Translations under genes and position numbers: made by a program
Notes under the pieces: generated by a model
Databases searched by the model: none
Told to the model about the DNA's origin: nothing
What the model saw: the letters and a program-made list of their open reading frames with translations, nothing else
In this document: positions 62,420 through 64,000 of the stretch, one piece after another
Numbering within the stretch: position 1 is the stretch's first letter
How the letters are laid out: every line of letters starts with the position of its first letter
Assembly: GCA_965202695.1 (NCBI GenBank)
Contig: OZ241843.1
Span: forward strand, 3,456,701-3,520,700
Source: Vicinamibacterales bacterium
GTDB taxonomy: Bacteria > Acidobacteriota > Vicinamibacteria > Vicinamibacterales > UBA8438
Length of the DNA: 64,000 bases
Direction: 5' to 3'

Positions 62420-63568
62420 CTACGGCGTCTCGGCGAGCAGGTGGGCGGCGATCACCATGCGCTGCACTTCCGAGGTGCCCTGGTATATCTCGGTCGCCCG
62501 GACGTCCCGAAAGAGTCGCTCGACCGTCGAGCCCCGGCGGTAGCCGGCCGAGGCCAGGATCTGCATCGCCCGGTCGGCGGCCCGGTGCGCCGCTTCCGAG
62601 GCGTAGAGCTTGGCCATCGCGGCCTCGGCGGCGCTGCGCTCCTGCGTCTGCCGGGCCGCGGCGCTCCTATACACCAGCAGACGCGCCGCGTCCATCTCCG
62701 TGGCCATGTCCGCGAGCATCCACTGCACGGCCTGGTACCGGGCGATGGGGCGGCCGAAGGTCTGCCGGCGCCGGGCATGGGCCAGCGCTTCGTCGAAGGC
62801 GGCCTGACCGATGCCGACGGCCTGGGCGGCAATCGCCACCCGGCCGCCGTCGAGCGCCCACAGGGCGATGCGGAATCCGCCGCCGGCGTCGCCGAGCATC
62901 GCGCCGGCCGGGACCGGCACCGCCTCGAGGTCGAGATCCCGGCATCCGAGACCGCGTACGCCGAGGGTGTCGGGGGTGGGGGACGCGCGCAGACCCGGCG
63001 CGCCGGCGGGAACCAGGAACGCCGAGACGCCCCGCCCCCCGATGTCCGGCTCGGTGGCCGCGAACACGATGAATACGCGGGCGGCGGCCCCGTTGGCCAC
63101 CCACACCTTGCGCCCCGTCAGGCGGTATCCGTCGCCGTCCGGGACGGCGCGGGTCCGCTGATTGGCGGCGTCGGTGCCGGCGTCGGGTTCGGAGAGGGCG
63201 AAGGCGCCGACGGCGGCGCCGCTCGCGAGAGGCCGGATCCAGGTCTCGCGCTGGGTCGGCGACCCGAAACGGGCGACGACCTCGGCCACCAGCGAGTTGT
63301 TGACCGACAGGATGGCGGCGAGGGTGGCGCTGGCCCCCGCGATCGCCTCGATCGCGGCCGCGTAGCTGACGTGGTCGCGGCCGGCGCCGCCCGCGGCGAC
63401 GGGAATGGTGACCCCCATCAGCCCCTGCCGGCCGGCCCGGTCGACGAGATCGGCGGGAAAGCGGCCGCTGGCGTCGATTTCCTGCGCCCGCGGCCGTACC
63501 TCCGCGTCTGCGAACCGCTGCGCCGAGGCGCGGAACGCTTCCTGTTCGGGAGTGAGATCGAGGCGCAT
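62420..63568 (-). CDS. Acyl-CoA dehydrogenase
   Basis: 382 aa with LSEPDAGTDA and YQGTSEVQR blocks. Confidence 0.9.
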   Translation of the reverse strand: MRLDLTPEQEAFRASAQRFADAEVRPRAQEIDASGRFPADLVDRAGRQGLMGVTIPVAAGGAGRDHVSYAAAIEAIAGASATLAAILSVNNSLVAEVVARFGSPTQRETWIRPLASGAAVGAFALSEPDAGTDAANQRTRAVPDGDGYRLTGRKVWVANGAAARVFIVFAATEPDIGGRGVSAFLVPAGAPGLRASPTPDTLGVRGLGCRDLDLEAVPVPAGAMLGDAGGGFRIALWALDGGRVAIAAQAVGIGQAAFDEALAHARRRQTFGRPIARYQAVQWMLADMATEMDAARLLVYRSAAARQTQERSAAEAAMAKLYASEAAHRAADRAMQILASAGYRRGSTVERLFRDVRATEIYQGTSEVQRMVIAAHLLAETP

Positions 63569-63666
63569 GGCGCACGCCGGTCCGGAAGCCGAGGCCGGGC
63601 GCCGCGCGGCTCGCCGCCGCCGCCCGGAGTCGTGTCCCGCGGGGTTGCGGACGCCCGCCGATCATA

Positions 63667-63864
63667 ACAGCCCGTGGCGGACCCCGCGTCGCACCGCGTC
63701 CGAAGGGGGCCGGCGAACGCCGAGGGCGCTGCGGACAGAGAACTTCCGGCGGGCAAGGAACGCCCGCCGGACAAGGCGTGAGAAGGGCGCACGTCGAGCA
63801 TGTCCGACCGACGGACGACGCGGTCGGCCCGCTCGCAATGCAACGGGGCGTTCGCCGCGGGCTG
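63667..63864 (+). repeat. Dispersed intergenic repeat family, copy C (long form, best-preserved termini)
   Basis: The 5' end is acagcccgtggcgg and the 3' end is ccgcgggctg. Internal blocks are shared with A, B, D and F. ggcgaacgcc (63713-22) is complementary to ggcgttcgcc (63846-55). Confidence 0.8.
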
Positions 63865-63977
63865 ACGAGCGAACGGCGCCCCGTCGGCGGAGAGCGGGCC
63901 CCGCGGCCGGGACCGGGCGCGCGGGTCCGAGTGGTATGATCGCAGCCGGCGTCTCTCTGGCGCGAGGAGGAGGCGGG

Positions 63978-64000
63978 CATGTCGAGCAGTCGATGGCGCG
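63978..64000 (+). CDS. Start of an unidentified gene (MSSSRWR...), truncated by the window edge
   Basis: ATG preceded by gaggaggagg. Only ~7 codons are visible. Confidence 0.3.

Overview
This is a very high-G+C bacterial chromosome segment. Gene content (a DUF1592/DUF1552 pair, a CarboxypepD_reg-type TonB receptor, a DUF5916-like outer-membrane protein) suggests Acidobacteriota or a similar soil lineage, but that is inference only. All protein calls rest on motifs read from the supplied translations and on my memory of family signatures; no HMM or BLAST search was run.

Layout:
- 0-5 kb: the start of a type I-G (I-U) CRISPR-Cas effector operon (csb1/cas7u, then csb2/cas5-6 running off the left edge). 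Next to it sit a two-gene nucleotidyltransferase module and a 700-aa orphan membrane-anchored protein.
- 5-29 kb: mixed envelope and hydrolase genes, an orphan 3-repeat CRISPR-like mini-array with 29/32 geometry, a visibly lower-G+C two-gene island carrying a second nucleotidyltransferase module, a DUF1592-DUF1552-ankyrin trio, an iron block (bfd, bfr, TonB receptor) and tRNA-Thr(CGU).
- 30-45.7 kb: the most unusual content. It is a ~16 kb same-strand cluster of 12 apparently soluble glycan-tailoring enzymes: four CHST-like sulfotransferases, a tandem-fused double methyltransferase, GT2/GT4 modules, GT-D-like and rhamnosyltransferase-like proteins, and a NodB deacetylase. The window holds no priming transferase, flippase, polymerase, exporter or PAPS-synthesis gene.
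- 45.8-64 kb: housekeeping genes (uvrA, efp, uvrC, trpS, scpAB, rluB, cmk, rpsA, IHF/HU-like, HIT, acyl-CoA dehydrogenase).

Non-coding layer: a modular intergenic repeat family bounded by inverted termini has at least 6 clear copies, each oriented toward its downstream gene. There are also several tandem repeats, palindromes and short duplications of gene 3' ends.

Many long Arg/Pro/Ala-rich ORFs in the track are high-G+C shadow ORFs and were ignored.
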